Origin: Lepidodermella squamata
Taxonomy: Eukaryota; Animalia; Gastrotricha
DNA length: 64,000 nucleotides
Reading direction: 5' to 3'
NCBI GenBank assembly: GCA_047495785.1
Contig: JBLDXI010000026.1
Coordinates: 1,240,001-1,304,000 of the forward strand
Shown: positions 44,901-56,456 of the stretch, piece after piece
Layout of the letters: every line of letters begins with the position of its first letter
Position numbering within the stretch: the stretch's first letter is position 1
Notes under the pieces: model-generated
The model's input: only the letters and a program-made list of their open reading frames with translations
The model's database searches: none
What the model was told of the DNA's origin: nothing
Made by a program: the position numbers and the translations under genes

Positions 44901-47900
44901 CATACCACCCTCCGTGTAGATCTTCGTCGTTGATGATATTGCCTTGGTGTACGGCACTTGGAGTAATACTAGTGTCTATTCCTCCAAGGTACGGCAGCCC
45001 GGTCCAACGAGTAACTCTGGCGAGTAAGTGACCGAAAGTAGAAATTAACGGAAGCCATCGCTAATAGTTCATAGAGGAGCAGAGCGTAGGTACCGTTTTT
45101 TAAGGTGGGTAGATTATCCTGATAAGATGTTTCTTTTTTGTAATTTTCAATGTGAACAACAGCGCGAAGAATTTGCGACCATTTTCCTTTTTTAAAGGAA
45201 AAGGAAAATGGTCGCAAATTCTTCGCGCTGTTGTTCACATTGAAGATTATCCTGAGCCTCATAAATTGAAAAATTCGAAGTTCATTAGAAAACCTGTTTT
45301 AGATATGAGAATGTTTCTTTTTGAACTCATTGCTAGAAAATTCGAATGATTTGCAAAACCTCTTATTTCACTTGCTAACGGTTATTTATCGATTTCTAAA
45401 TTTTGAATGTTGTTTTTCTTGGAATGTTGACTCTCGAAATTTTTATTTATTTTAGCTTGGAACTGGCAGAACAGCCTTCCAGTGCTTACAGCGTTATCGA
45501 TCGAGAATAGCGCCGAAAAAGTACGAAATCGACAGCAACGTTATAACGGGACTGGCATGGCATCCCGAAGATGAACGGCGTTTGATGGATGCGGTTGAAT
45601 CTCTGGGCGGCAGCCTGCAAGACCTCTCCAGTGCGGTACGAATCAGCTGGCAAGCTGTTGCCGAGGTACATTTTCATCTTTATTTTTTTTATCTCAAAAT
45701 CTAATTTTTGTATCAATTTATCGTTTATTTTAAATTATTTCTAGATGCTGGGAAATTTCAATTCGACTCAATGCTGTGAGCGATACTTTGAACTGAGCGG
45801 GAAAATCGTGAGGGGTCGCTTTTCGGACGAGGAGAAGAGATTGATCGACGAAGCGGTTGAGATTTACGGCCAAAACTGGATCGAAGTAGCGATGTATGTC
45901 GGAACTCGCTCGCCGAATCAATGTTTCGAATATTTTATCCAAAAATGCCAGCGGCAACTGCTGAACGCGGCTAGTAGGAAGGAGGAGCGTTGGACGGCCG
46001 AGGATGACGCGCTCATTTGGTTCAGTCGTTGCCAGAATTTGCAAAACATGAAGACGATGAGACAAATCCACGCAATGATACCGAATCGCTCGTTCCGCCA
46101 GGTCGTCGGCCGATATGCTAAACTGCGCATCTGGTTCCGACAAGCTCAAGTATTAGTTCGGACCGAAAACGCGTTGCTGGAAATTTTATCCAAACCCGAG
46201 TCGGAATTAACGCTGCCCGAGATTGAAAGGCTGCAAACTGAGTTGAAACGCGTGCATGACGAGAGGCACAAACGAGCGAGACACGAAACGCCGGAGGAGC
46301 GTCATTTGAAAAATTTTGTCGAACAAGGCGAGATTCAAAAATTGGTGACTGAGCTGTTGGTTCAAGCGAGTCTTTCGCGGCAGGCTGCTCGCGAGAAAAT
46401 TCGAATGATACGCGACATAGCGTCGTACCGAGCTACGCCCTTGCCTCTTTTGAGTACAATTGCTAACAGAAGAGCTTGTTTTGATGAGCATATAACTGCG
46501 AGAGAGAAGGTCCTGGAAATGCTGGAAAAGAACAAGAAAAGCTCGAGAAGGGCTGGAGGTGCGCCGGTTGAGCCGATAATAGATGATAATCTCAATGCCG
46601 ACGACTTGTTTGAGGTTGTGAAAGGTTACATCGAAAGAGCAATGCGAGATCCAGACACGGCTGCCCCAGCTCAAAAAGTTCTCGCGGATTTTAACAAAGT
46701 CCGGTCTAAGGCTACCGTGCGGCAGTTGCTGAGAATTTCAAGGAAGCTGGAAGAATTAGCGGCAAATGTCGATTCGGATAGCCAGAACAAGGTTGCGATT
46801 GCGAGTCCGGAGGAGTGGCTTCGATTCCGGATAGCTATTTCGCTATACTACCGGCCAGCGACTGTTTGGAAGTGGAAAAATCGTTGCTTCTATCAGCCGA
46901 TTTATATCGGCCTGACTCGACACCATACCTACCAGATTCGGGTGCCTTTCGAGGCTTTCTTTGAGACTGCCAAGTAAGTTTCTTGTACAGTTCTGAATTG
47001 CATATATAATTACGAGCCAAGTCGCAAAAATATGTGCTTACAGAGTAAATATGTGACCCATAAGTACCCATGGGTCAACCAATGGGGATGGGATGGGGTT
47101 TTCTGTTTTTTTTAACCATTTTAGAGCTAGATGAGGGAGTATGGGTTACATTGAGAGTGATGGATCGTTACGAGTTAGACTCTCAATAGGCCGTTTTCAA
47201 TCGAAAGTAACCTCTCAATATTGAGAGTTAACTATGCCACATGGATAGTAAAAATAATAAAGGGTCGTTGAGAATGCACTTTCCAAGAATGAGCGAATGA
47301 AAGTACCTACCGTAAACACTCGTACTTAAGGTGGGTCTTATATTCGCATACGTTTCCGAAAAAAGAGCATTTTAGTTCAAAAAAACAATTATAAGACTAG
47401 TCTTATATTCGAATCACCCACCTATGATGGTCTACCTAATGATCGAGCCTCCCTTAAGTACGAGTTTTTACGGTATACCCAGACGAACGCCGTTAATATT
47501 TTAGCTCAAAAATTCATATGAGAGATATGAATTTAATACCTAGATGTTTGTTGGTTGTTCCATTTGTCACTCATTTTGATGTGTAAGCCGAAATACTGCA
47601 TATCAACTTGTTAATATGAAAACCATGTTGGATTGATGTTAAATTCACATAAAACTCCTAGTCATATGAAATACCTATGCGATTCATGCCTATGTCCGAA
47701 ATTAATCGTTTTCACAAAAATTCCTGTTCATAGGTATGTGAATAGGAAAATGAGCTATGAGCAATGAGCAAGATTCATCTTAACCGAATTACATGTGAGC
47801 AAAAATCTTGGTCATTAGCTCAAGGCACTTGCGTCAGTCGAGTTTCGACTTTTTCGCTGTCTTCACTTCATGTTCGCTATCCTCCCTGTCACGTTTCAGT

Positions 47901-50900
47901 TTTTGTCGTAACCGATCCAGTCCTTCAAGATCCTTTACGACCAAGCCGATCCCTCGTCGTTCGACAATGTCCACAAAATCCAAGCTAGAGTCGCCTAGAC
48001 TTCGAAAGGCAGCAAAACTAATTTATAGGTGGATGGCTGGTTCCGACCCAAACTGTATGGAGAAACTTGAAGGGGATTTCTTCGAACCTTATGATCAGGA
48101 GCCACACTTGATTCTTGAATGGCGAAATACCGTCAAAAAACCACTGCAGATTTAGAGTAATTTTCGAAACATTTTCAACAACTGTGATGCGATCTGCAGC
48201 AAACTTGATGAATTTTGCCAAGTCGTAAGAGACTCCGTTACCAATTTTCTTGCAGGAACACTTTGCGAGTAGACTACGCTCTTCAGGGTCACGCGAAATT
48301 TTACCGCAGCTGCACGTCGTAAATTGAGTCATAGACTGGCTGTCAACGATTCGGCGAAGAATTCGGCCTTTCGACGCGATAGTATCAGCAAAGAAGTTGC
48401 CGCCAACCAAGCCGTCAATGATCTTCAGTAGGTTCAGTAGGTCGACCACAGCTACCCAGGGCAGCTTGTATCGCCATGCGACGCCCAGAATTAGAACGAA
48501 GACAGAAAGATAGGACATTCTGCAAGCGGCAAATACGGGTTGATCGAGTTGAGACCAGTCAAAGTCGGAGTTGTTTGACTTGGCAGATGCGAAAAATTCT
48601 TCGTAGCCATCGTCCTGTAGAGACTCAGGAAATTGGTCTGATGCATCGAAAAACGGGCTGTCGTCATCATTAACGTGGCGGTTGCGGTGGCACGAGTCTC
48701 AATCGCTTAAACCCTGATATTTTTGAAGCTAGTTTCGATTCCAAGTTCCCTAGCCATGTATAGAGCGTCAATCAGAAAAGCAGGTTTGATCATAACTTTC
48801 AGTGTCATAGCCAAAAAGTTCTTCACGAAACTGAGGCAGAGCTTTTTAGAGCCTTTTCAGGAGATGCTCAAGCCACTTCGCTGGTTTCTACTTGTAGGTG
48901 TCCATAACTGAAAATTGGTCTCATTGCTAGTTTCTTTTTAGTAGTTTTCGGGAGACCACATTGGTGAGCTAGCCCAGATCCTCTTGCTTCTACCGGTCCG
49001 TATAATTAATTCTATGTAGTTCAATATCAATCAATACCATTGCTGATTATACAACTTATTTTCGAGATCATTTATTTGCTGTGAATTTTCAAGATCGAGT
49101 TTCGTAATTAGTTAAGTTGACCAATTCCCATATTTGAAACTGTTAATAGTTGCATTTAATCACATTTTTCACTGTTGATTTAGATTGCTGATCAGCGGCA
49201 TGGGCTCAAATGTCGAAGAACTCAAATCCGAAGTTCAAAAGCAGCTGAGCGACGTCGACCGAGGACGAGCTAACGATTTCATCCAATCCATCGAAGACGA
49301 AGAAATCCAAAAAGTCGCCCGCGAGGTTGGTCTATCTCAGGAACAGCCTCTACCCGAGTCATTCTTGCGCCGTTTTTACGCTATCATGGCTATTCGAGCG
49401 TTGCAGGCTCCGGTCGACAATTCGCATTCCGCTCGTCTTTCTTATCCGAATATTCAGGCGGAATTCGAAGAAACTAGCCACGTGAGACCTGATGAGTTCA
49501 AGGATAAGGAAGTAGCCCCGGTTTTCCCACCCAACCCGGCTACAGCTAATGCCTACCGGATTTTGACCATGTCTCGGCTTCGTTTGCAACAAATTGTCGC
49601 CGAACAATGTTCTAGCGAGGGCGAGAAAGCGAGACTAGCGAAAAAGGCTGAAGACTTGCGGTATAACCCGACTGAGGGCTATTCGCTATTACAACGGCGG
49701 TTCGAAGCCCTATTCACGTGGCCGTCAGTGCTAGCCCGGGCGATGCCGCGAAACCATGAAGAAAAAATCAAATTCCCAAGGACTGAGAAGTTCGCAAATA
49801 TCAGCGACTTTTTGGCGAAAAGCGAATATCTTGTCGATTCCGACAGCTCGGATGGCGAATTTGAGGAGGAACAGCAAGTCGTGGATAGGTCGAAGCAATA
49901 CGTCTTCCCGCCTGTTGATCACGATGAATATTCGGAGGTTTTCGATAAGCTGAGTCGAGAATTTGTGCCCAGTCAAATGACGCGAGATGCGAAATTGAGG
50001 TTCCCTAACACGCGTCGCGGTCATCTGAGAAAAGGCTCCATTCCTAGGGAGCTGTTCCCGAACTACGATACTGTAACCGTCGAGCAGGTGAAGGAGCGAA
50101 CGGAAAAGTTTCGCGAGCAGAAACAGCGTCTCGAAAAGGAACTCGAGAAAGAACGGGCTGAAATGAGGAAAGCGTTGAAGTCGCCCACGACGAAACAGGA
50201 AATTGACCACCAGCTTAATACACTTTTTCCGATTATTATGCTGGATCCATTGCCTGGTTATCCGCCACCCGAGTCAGCGATTCCGACGTTGCGAAAGAAG
50301 AAAAAGCCGGGCCGGCCGCGAAAATTCGAATCGGATGAAAAGGATGAACCTGATCCTTCGGACCCCGATGTCGCTCTAACTGTTACTAAGCGACTGTTTG
50401 AAAAAAGTAGGCAAAAATATGGGCATATTGTGGATCCCGAGCAGGTCGACCAGTCGCCTGATTTCGCGCCTCGCAAGAAATTTCAGAGGTTTTCGAATCG
50501 TAAACACGACTTGGGCCTGACAAAGAGCTTGTTTCGCCCAACTCCAGCTATGCTTGATGGTGTCGACAGGAGAGGATTCGAATATCTTGATAATGCATCA
50601 GCATTCGACTCGTCAGCAAGCGAAAAACCAGTTGACAAATCGAGTCCAAAAGCCCAAAAGTGGATGGAAACCGTAACCACGCCTTCGGTATCGTCGGAAA
50701 ATCTGCTTGAGAACTGTTTGAATAATCCGGACTTGACCGGGCCTGAAATCAGTTTCGACCAGCCAATCCGGTTGAAGCCGGAAGCGGTTTCAGCTCGAAG
50801 GCCAATGAAACCGGTCGAAAACCCGTCAAAACCAGGCAAGCCAAAATCGCCGGTAAAGAAACCCGTGAAAAACTCGAAAAGACCGGAAAAGTTCATGCCA

Positions 50901-51554
50901 TCTTCTTCGTCGGATTCGGACGATTCTGACCAAGCCCCTGTAGCACAACAGGCATCGAGAGCTCGCAAAAAGCAAATTTCGCCATCGGACGAAGCTCCGA
51001 GTCCGAAGAAAGCGAGGCGGAAATCATTTTTCACCCCTTCATCGCCGCCGAATGCTTCGCCAAAACGGCCTCCCAAATCGCCGAGAAAAAATTCCGAAAA
51101 CGATTTAATGGGCAACTCATCCCCCGTAAATCATTCGGATGCGGCCCAGGCTACCCCTTCAATCCAACGGGTAACCAAATCGCCCCGACAGGAAAAATCT
51201 GCCTCCAACAAATTTGTTGGCACTTTCACCCCTGTTCAGTCTATGGAGACTCCATCCACCCAGCGGGTGGGCAGTATTCCGGATTCGAGCCAACCGCCAG
51301 CTGCTACTCCAGTAACTCAGTTTCCAACATCGATAATTCAGGCGAATTCCGACCAGCCGGTTGCAGTGATTCAACTAACTCAAGCTGATTTGCTCAAAAT
51401 TTTTGAAGGCGGCGCGAGTTCGGTCGCTATTGCGATACCGCTATCTCAAGCCGCTACGCCCGGTTCTTTCACTGCAACGCCGCAACTGGTCTTGCCGATT
51501 AATTCGGCTGTTTCAACTAATAGTAGTAACATACCGCCTGAGAAACAAAAATAA
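41904..51554 (+). CDS. SNAPC4: SNAPC4 paralog C (exons 41904-42878, 45456-45665, 45745-46973, 49184-51554)
   Basis: Motifs CLDRNLEYQ, FRRPYFKR and WHNFYSPTVNK. A hidden exon at 45456-45665 encodes LGTGRTAFQCLQRY...WHPEDE. Also RGRFSDEE..RSPNQC and YSLLQRRFEALFTWPSVL. Two long TE-containing introns. Confidence 0.82.
43184..44110 (-). mobile_element. 5'-truncated CR1/L2-group non-LTR retrotransposon in SNAPC4-C intron 1
   Basis: Open frame 44108-43422 reads VLHLG...YKDLGLIIDDGLTFRPH...RPLLEYLPSIWSPY..ENVQKYFTR...LDSLEKRR...FFLNRVLPIWNELP (RT C-terminal region). It is followed by a 3' UTR and a (TAA)n tail at ~43184-43210. Confidence 0.88.
45146..45244. repeat. Perfect inverted repeat with 46-bp arms and a 7-nt loop
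   Basis: 45146-45191 is the exact reverse complement of 45199-45244; the loop is TTAAAGG. Confidence 0.95.
47310..47473. mobile_element. MITE of the Tc1/mariner-pogo superfamily in SNAPC4-C intron 3
   Basis: Terminal inverted repeats CCGTAAACACTCGTACTTAAGG / CCTTAAGTACGAGTTTTTACGG (1 mismatch) are flanked by TA on both sides, with an internal duplicated GTCTTATATTCG. Confidence 0.8.
48018..48518 (-). mobile_element. EnSpm/CACTA-like transposase fragment in SNAPC4-C intron 3
   Basis: AVVDLLNLL, Cys pairs (CSC..CSC) and LNLQWFFDGISPFK..VW..IIRFEEIP...WVG..HP resemble the DG..FK..W....ELP N-terminal catalytic block of animal EnSpm/CMC transposases. The fragment is truncated by a stop. Confidence 0.55.
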
Positions 51555-51805
51555 TAAGTTTTTTCATTTCGCCATCGCTTTTTTTTGTTCGATTTCCGTT
51601 ATTTTGACTAAAAAGGTGATCAATGCAATGCACTATCTCTGGTTAATTAATATTCGTAATAAATCGTTTTATTGTGCTGTTTTATTTTGTTTGAAATGTG
51701 AATCAGTGGAAAATATGAGGTATCGGATTAAACTAGGTACTATAAATGATGAAATAAAATTTGCGAAAAAATGTGAAAAATGACGTGAATTTGATGGTTT
51801 GGACT

Positions 51806-52791
51806 TCAATAAAAGTCGTTATCGTTCGGATTGTAGATGGTTGGCGTTGTTGCTGCTGTGTCGGTACAGATGATCAGAGGTCGCTGGTAATTGTACTCAG
51901 TGATTGTGCGATCGACAATGAGCAAGACCTCCCCAGATCTGAAAAGAAATACACAAAGCCACATTCAATGGACAATATGAGTGTCATTGCTTAGGGTTGA
52001 AAATCGATATTTGAAAAATCGAAAAAATATTTCGCAATGTGAAGACCCTTTCGAAGCCGACTTCCAAAGGCTTTCGGGGCGCACCAATGGGTTTTATGGC
52101 CTGTTGAAAATCGAATTTTCGAGAAATTTCAATGAACCAGAGTTTCAAATTGATCAAAATTGCTACAAAAATGCAGTTTTTCGAACTGGCCCTCGCGCAT
52201 TCGCCCCAGTCGTCTCACATTGGACTATCAAAATGTCACGTTTAACCTAGGAGGACCGCAGATTGGAGTTACCTCTGCAACCTGAGCTCATAATTATATA
52301 CCTTGACTCCATCACATCAACTACGGCGCAGGAAATTCCGCAGACTAGAAGCAGAGAGAAGCCAAGGGCGGTCCACAGCCATCGACACATGAGCAGAGGA
52401 ATAAGCGCCAGCATGCCGTATAACGCTCCTTTGTGCCACCTGGGTCTATCAGCGAAAAATTGATTGATTCCATTCAGACACTCCCAATTGACTGGAGCTT
52501 CTAGTCCCATTATCACAGTTGCGAGTATTATCAGTAAAACGCCGGAGGAGAAACATAGCGAAGACAGGGTAAACATTGTGAAAAATCCGCAAATAATAGC
52601 TGCGCAACAGACAATGACTACGCCACCTGGGCAAAAATATTAGTAATTGTGAGAAATTGTTTTCGAAAAATACTTTTCACGATAACCCGAATTCGGCTAG
52701 ATTTGGTTTGGAAATTTGGTCGACTGAGCTCATCGATGACCAAATAATTACTGGATCCGTAAGGCGAAACCGAATGACTTAAGGTCATCAT
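51806..52791 (-). CDS. Divergent Flower/CACFD1 paralog (approximate exons 52791-52674, 52626-52302, 51938-51806)
   Basis: GVVIVCC...GLEAP...DRPRWHKGALYG.LALIPL.MC is colinear with the neighbouring Flower gene. The middle exon is solid; the first and last exons are inferred from splice sites and phase. Confidence 0.65.
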
Positions 52792-53829
52792 TTTCGGACT
52801 TTTCTCAGCTATTTTTAAGACGGATAAAAAATGGAATGCGCTCGCAATAATATTTTTAATTGTTCTTCTGCTGCGGTTCGCATTTTCGGTGAATCGATGC
52901 TGTCTCAAGAGAGCGCACAATGTGACAGTCCGTCTGCAGCACTTCCGCTGTTAATATCATTCAGCCTTTCAAGACTTCGCACTCGCAGAAAACAGGTCAT
53001 TATTTTACTCACGTTTATCCGCCGTTTTATTTTTCGGAATTTTTCATATGCGGCACTACAACGCATTGGATTGTATATTATTATAATAATAATAACGAAA
53101 CTCCTGGTAAACGTAGAATAATAATAATATTGAAGACAGGTATAAATTAATCTTCGCTTGAGTGCGCGCAAAACGGACACCAGGATAGACACCACGTTTT
53201 TTTCAAACTTTGACTTTCACAGTCGATTTTTACGGAGCAATCAAAATCACGAAATTACCACAGAAAAAAGACGCATAATTCGTTTGGTTGTTCGCTTCTG
53301 AACCATTAACAACAATCGCCGTCAAAATGTAGCCAAGAATTACTGGAAATTGTCATATCAATTAATTTTAATTACAGTCGAATTAAGACTAGGAACATTT
53401 ATCTACATGCAAGTTATAGTGAGACTCATTGCAATATTCAGAGTTTGATCTCACCAGGAAAAACGCCAAATACTGACAGAAAAACATTGTACATTTTAAT
53501 GCACGGATATAACGAGAAAGGACATGATTCATTATAACAGTAAATAATTTCAGTGCGCTTTGTTTACGGTATGTGTCAAGAAACTCTGAGCCAAAAATAT
53601 TAATTAGCATCCTCAACAATGTCATCGAATGTGCATGATAGAGACTTTAAACCTCAAATCCGCGATAAAAAAGTCAACATTTTCCTTCTAATATCATTCT
53701 ACCCTTTCGATTTTTATCATTATTATTACGCCCAAAGGGGAACACGATAAGTAAAGAGATCAAAGGGTAGTAGATATTCTATCAAAATTAAAGCGGTAAC
53801 TTTAAAGGCAGCTGCGTTCCTAATTTTGC

Positions 53830-54661
53830 TTAGTATCCACGTGGGTTGACAAGTCCGGCCTGGTCGTGTTCGGGACCGGCTTCGACACCTCCTTGTCCCG
53901 GGGCAGCGGCGCGTCGCAGCATAGTATCGCGATCAGCCCTATTCAAATGTAATCACGCGTGAAAATTGCGGAAGTAAATAAATGCATAAGAACTCACTTT
54001 TTGCCGATGACCAAAACGCCGTATAGAGCAGCGCATGCGAATGTGAGAATGAAACCGAAAATTGTGGCCAGAGATTGGCATAGAATAAGGGGTATAATGG
54101 CCAGTCTGAAGAAACATAATTATTAAATCAACGCAAATTCTTGGCGGAAACGAGATATCGATTTTTCTCTCGTTTCATCGATCGCGTTAGACTTACACAG
54201 CGTAAAAGACAGCCTTCTGCCACTTCGGGCGGTCTTGACCGAGTTTTTGCACTTTATCCATCCATTGGATCCACTGACAGCATATCGGAGCTTCAAGGCC
54301 GACGATAATTATAGCTGACAGCATCATAAGTATGCCGGCGATGATACACATTGGTGACACACTTATTGCAGTGAAAAGACCACAAACTAGAGTTAAGGAA
54401 CCCGCAGTAGTTACGCCACCTATAAAAATCAAAATAAAGACTTGTTTATGATAATTAGAAATGAATTAATTCACCTTTAATTAGCCATTTCATCCACCAA
54501 GATAATTCCTCTTCTTGGCCTTGGCCGCCCTGGCCTTGCTGAGTCTGTACATTCTGGTAGACTTGTTGCTGCATTTGGGATGTTGCCGCACTAACAGCTG
54601 CCTGTCCAGCAGCCTGCCCAGCAGCTTGACCGATTTGATTGTAAAAGTTGTTGCTAGCCAT
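53830..54661 (-). CDS. CACFD1: Calcium channel flower homolog (exons 54661-54475, 54419-54197, 54105-53998, 53938-53830)
   Basis: Motifs WWMKWL, CIIAG..M...LEAPICC, RPKWQKAVFY, LCQSLATIFG, LYGVLVIGKKADR; three canonical introns with consistent phases. Confidence 0.9.
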
Positions 54662-56456
54662 TCAGCTCAAAAACTCTACTAGCTAATAGATAAAGTTCAC
54701 TTCTAAACAAAACAAACAACACGTGATCGCGCTATCGTCTTGCGTACTGATGATTCAGCTTATGATTCATCTCTGGAAGATTGACATGTAAAACTGTAAA
54801 CATGGAAGATAGATAACCATAAGCGCAACTACCCAAATGAGAGAACACAGCGAAATAACACCGATTGCTGTTTAGCACATTTGTATATAGCATTCTGATA
54901 AGGATTTAGCAGTTTTTTTGTCACTTTCGCTGTGGAGTTCCTTTTTCTGTTTTGTTGTCTTAAAAAAAATATCAAGGACGCAACTATCTTGGGTAGAAAT
55001 AATGGAATGTAGGTACTCGCAAAACGGCCACTATTTACATGTGGGTTCATGTTAAGACACTCAGAGACGTGAACAAGTCACACCGAACATCAGATGTTTG
55101 AACGAGAAGGGCAAATAACAATTAACAAGATGAATAGCAATTTTATAGCCGCTTTGAAATATATCTCGGGGCTCGTTGCCAAAGCAAATAGGATAATGGG
55201 CCATGGGTCACGTATAGCTAATAGGAATGTAAGTTACGCACAATGGTCTCATCATCTTTAAGCCATTGACACTTCTAATCAACAGTTCGGACGGATAACG
55301 AGGCAAACCAGAAGACGAAGTATGATGTATGAAATCATGTTGAAAACGTAGTTAGCAATCGAATTATTAATCAATAGCACTTCAGCGAAAACACATATAA
55401 TAACTTAAATAGTAATTAAGCAGCGCAAAAATGAGGATGCAGTTTAAATGTCTCCTTCGCAAACTACAAAGAAACAAGCTGAGTACAAACAGAAAAAAAA
55501 ACTAAAAATTCTGATACAATGATGAAATTCACAGTAATTCCTAGCTACAAATTAGCCACCAAGTACAGACTTGAACGAAAATTCAAAGAAAATTCAAAGA
55601 CTTGAATGGAAATACAGGGCTGCCGGACATCAGATTGAAATAGAATTCAAATGGTGTCAACTCAAATAAGCGTATCCGATTAAAAAGCTGGTATTTATAC
55701 CATTTCAATACCTTCAATGTCGAGAAGTTGGCATTTAATACAAGTTACCTGTGGGAGATATAAGTATACTTAATTTACAGAATCGCGCTAGGCACAAGTT
55801 AAAAGTATATAAATATACTTGTATGAGAAAACAACAATAGACTGAAATCAGAGATAATCGTCCTAAAGTATGTTCCACAGACAAACCCTACTTACTGTTT
55901 CTATCAAAATTTCAGATTTGAGACAACTAATAGTAAAGCATAAATTTTGGCGCAAACGAGGGACATTTTTCATCCACTAATTTCAAGCGGAAAGAGATCC
56001 GTCCTTCCAGAATCGAGGATTGGATTTGGTACAGTGTTTCTTGTTTCTATGTGTACGATGGCTCGTGGTACACGGTACACAACGAAATATACTTGGGGAG
56101 AGACACCGGCAGAGAGACGCGTCGATTCGTCCTTCGAACAACTGATTGATTGCCGCGCGCTAAGTTTGATGAAAAATAGGTTTTCACATAAATATAAAAT
56201 CGTGTGCAATTAATTTATGTAAAATTACCGATTGCTGGTTACTATGACATATTGTTTGCAAAGCGTCCTTAGAGCTCTCATAACGACGGCCACCGGTTTG
56301 TATGGCCAAAACGGCTAAGCGTAGATTGGTCTCAAGAGAATTGCCAAATTTCCCATATTCTGAATATCAAAGTATGTTTTATTTTTATATGATATTAATA
56401 ATATGATGTATAATATGCTCTTTGAACTATTTAGCTGCGGACGTGACCACTGGAGG

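Noticed and set aside
28959-51374. Numerous antisense and alternate-frame ORFs (e.g. 28959-29543, 46207-46674, 50483-51115)
   Set aside because: They are shadows of real coding exons, with no independent motifs or splice support.
54900-55950. A-rich stretch possibly derived from a Penelope/GIY-YIG or other element
   Set aside because: Too degenerate; no continuous motif could be supported.
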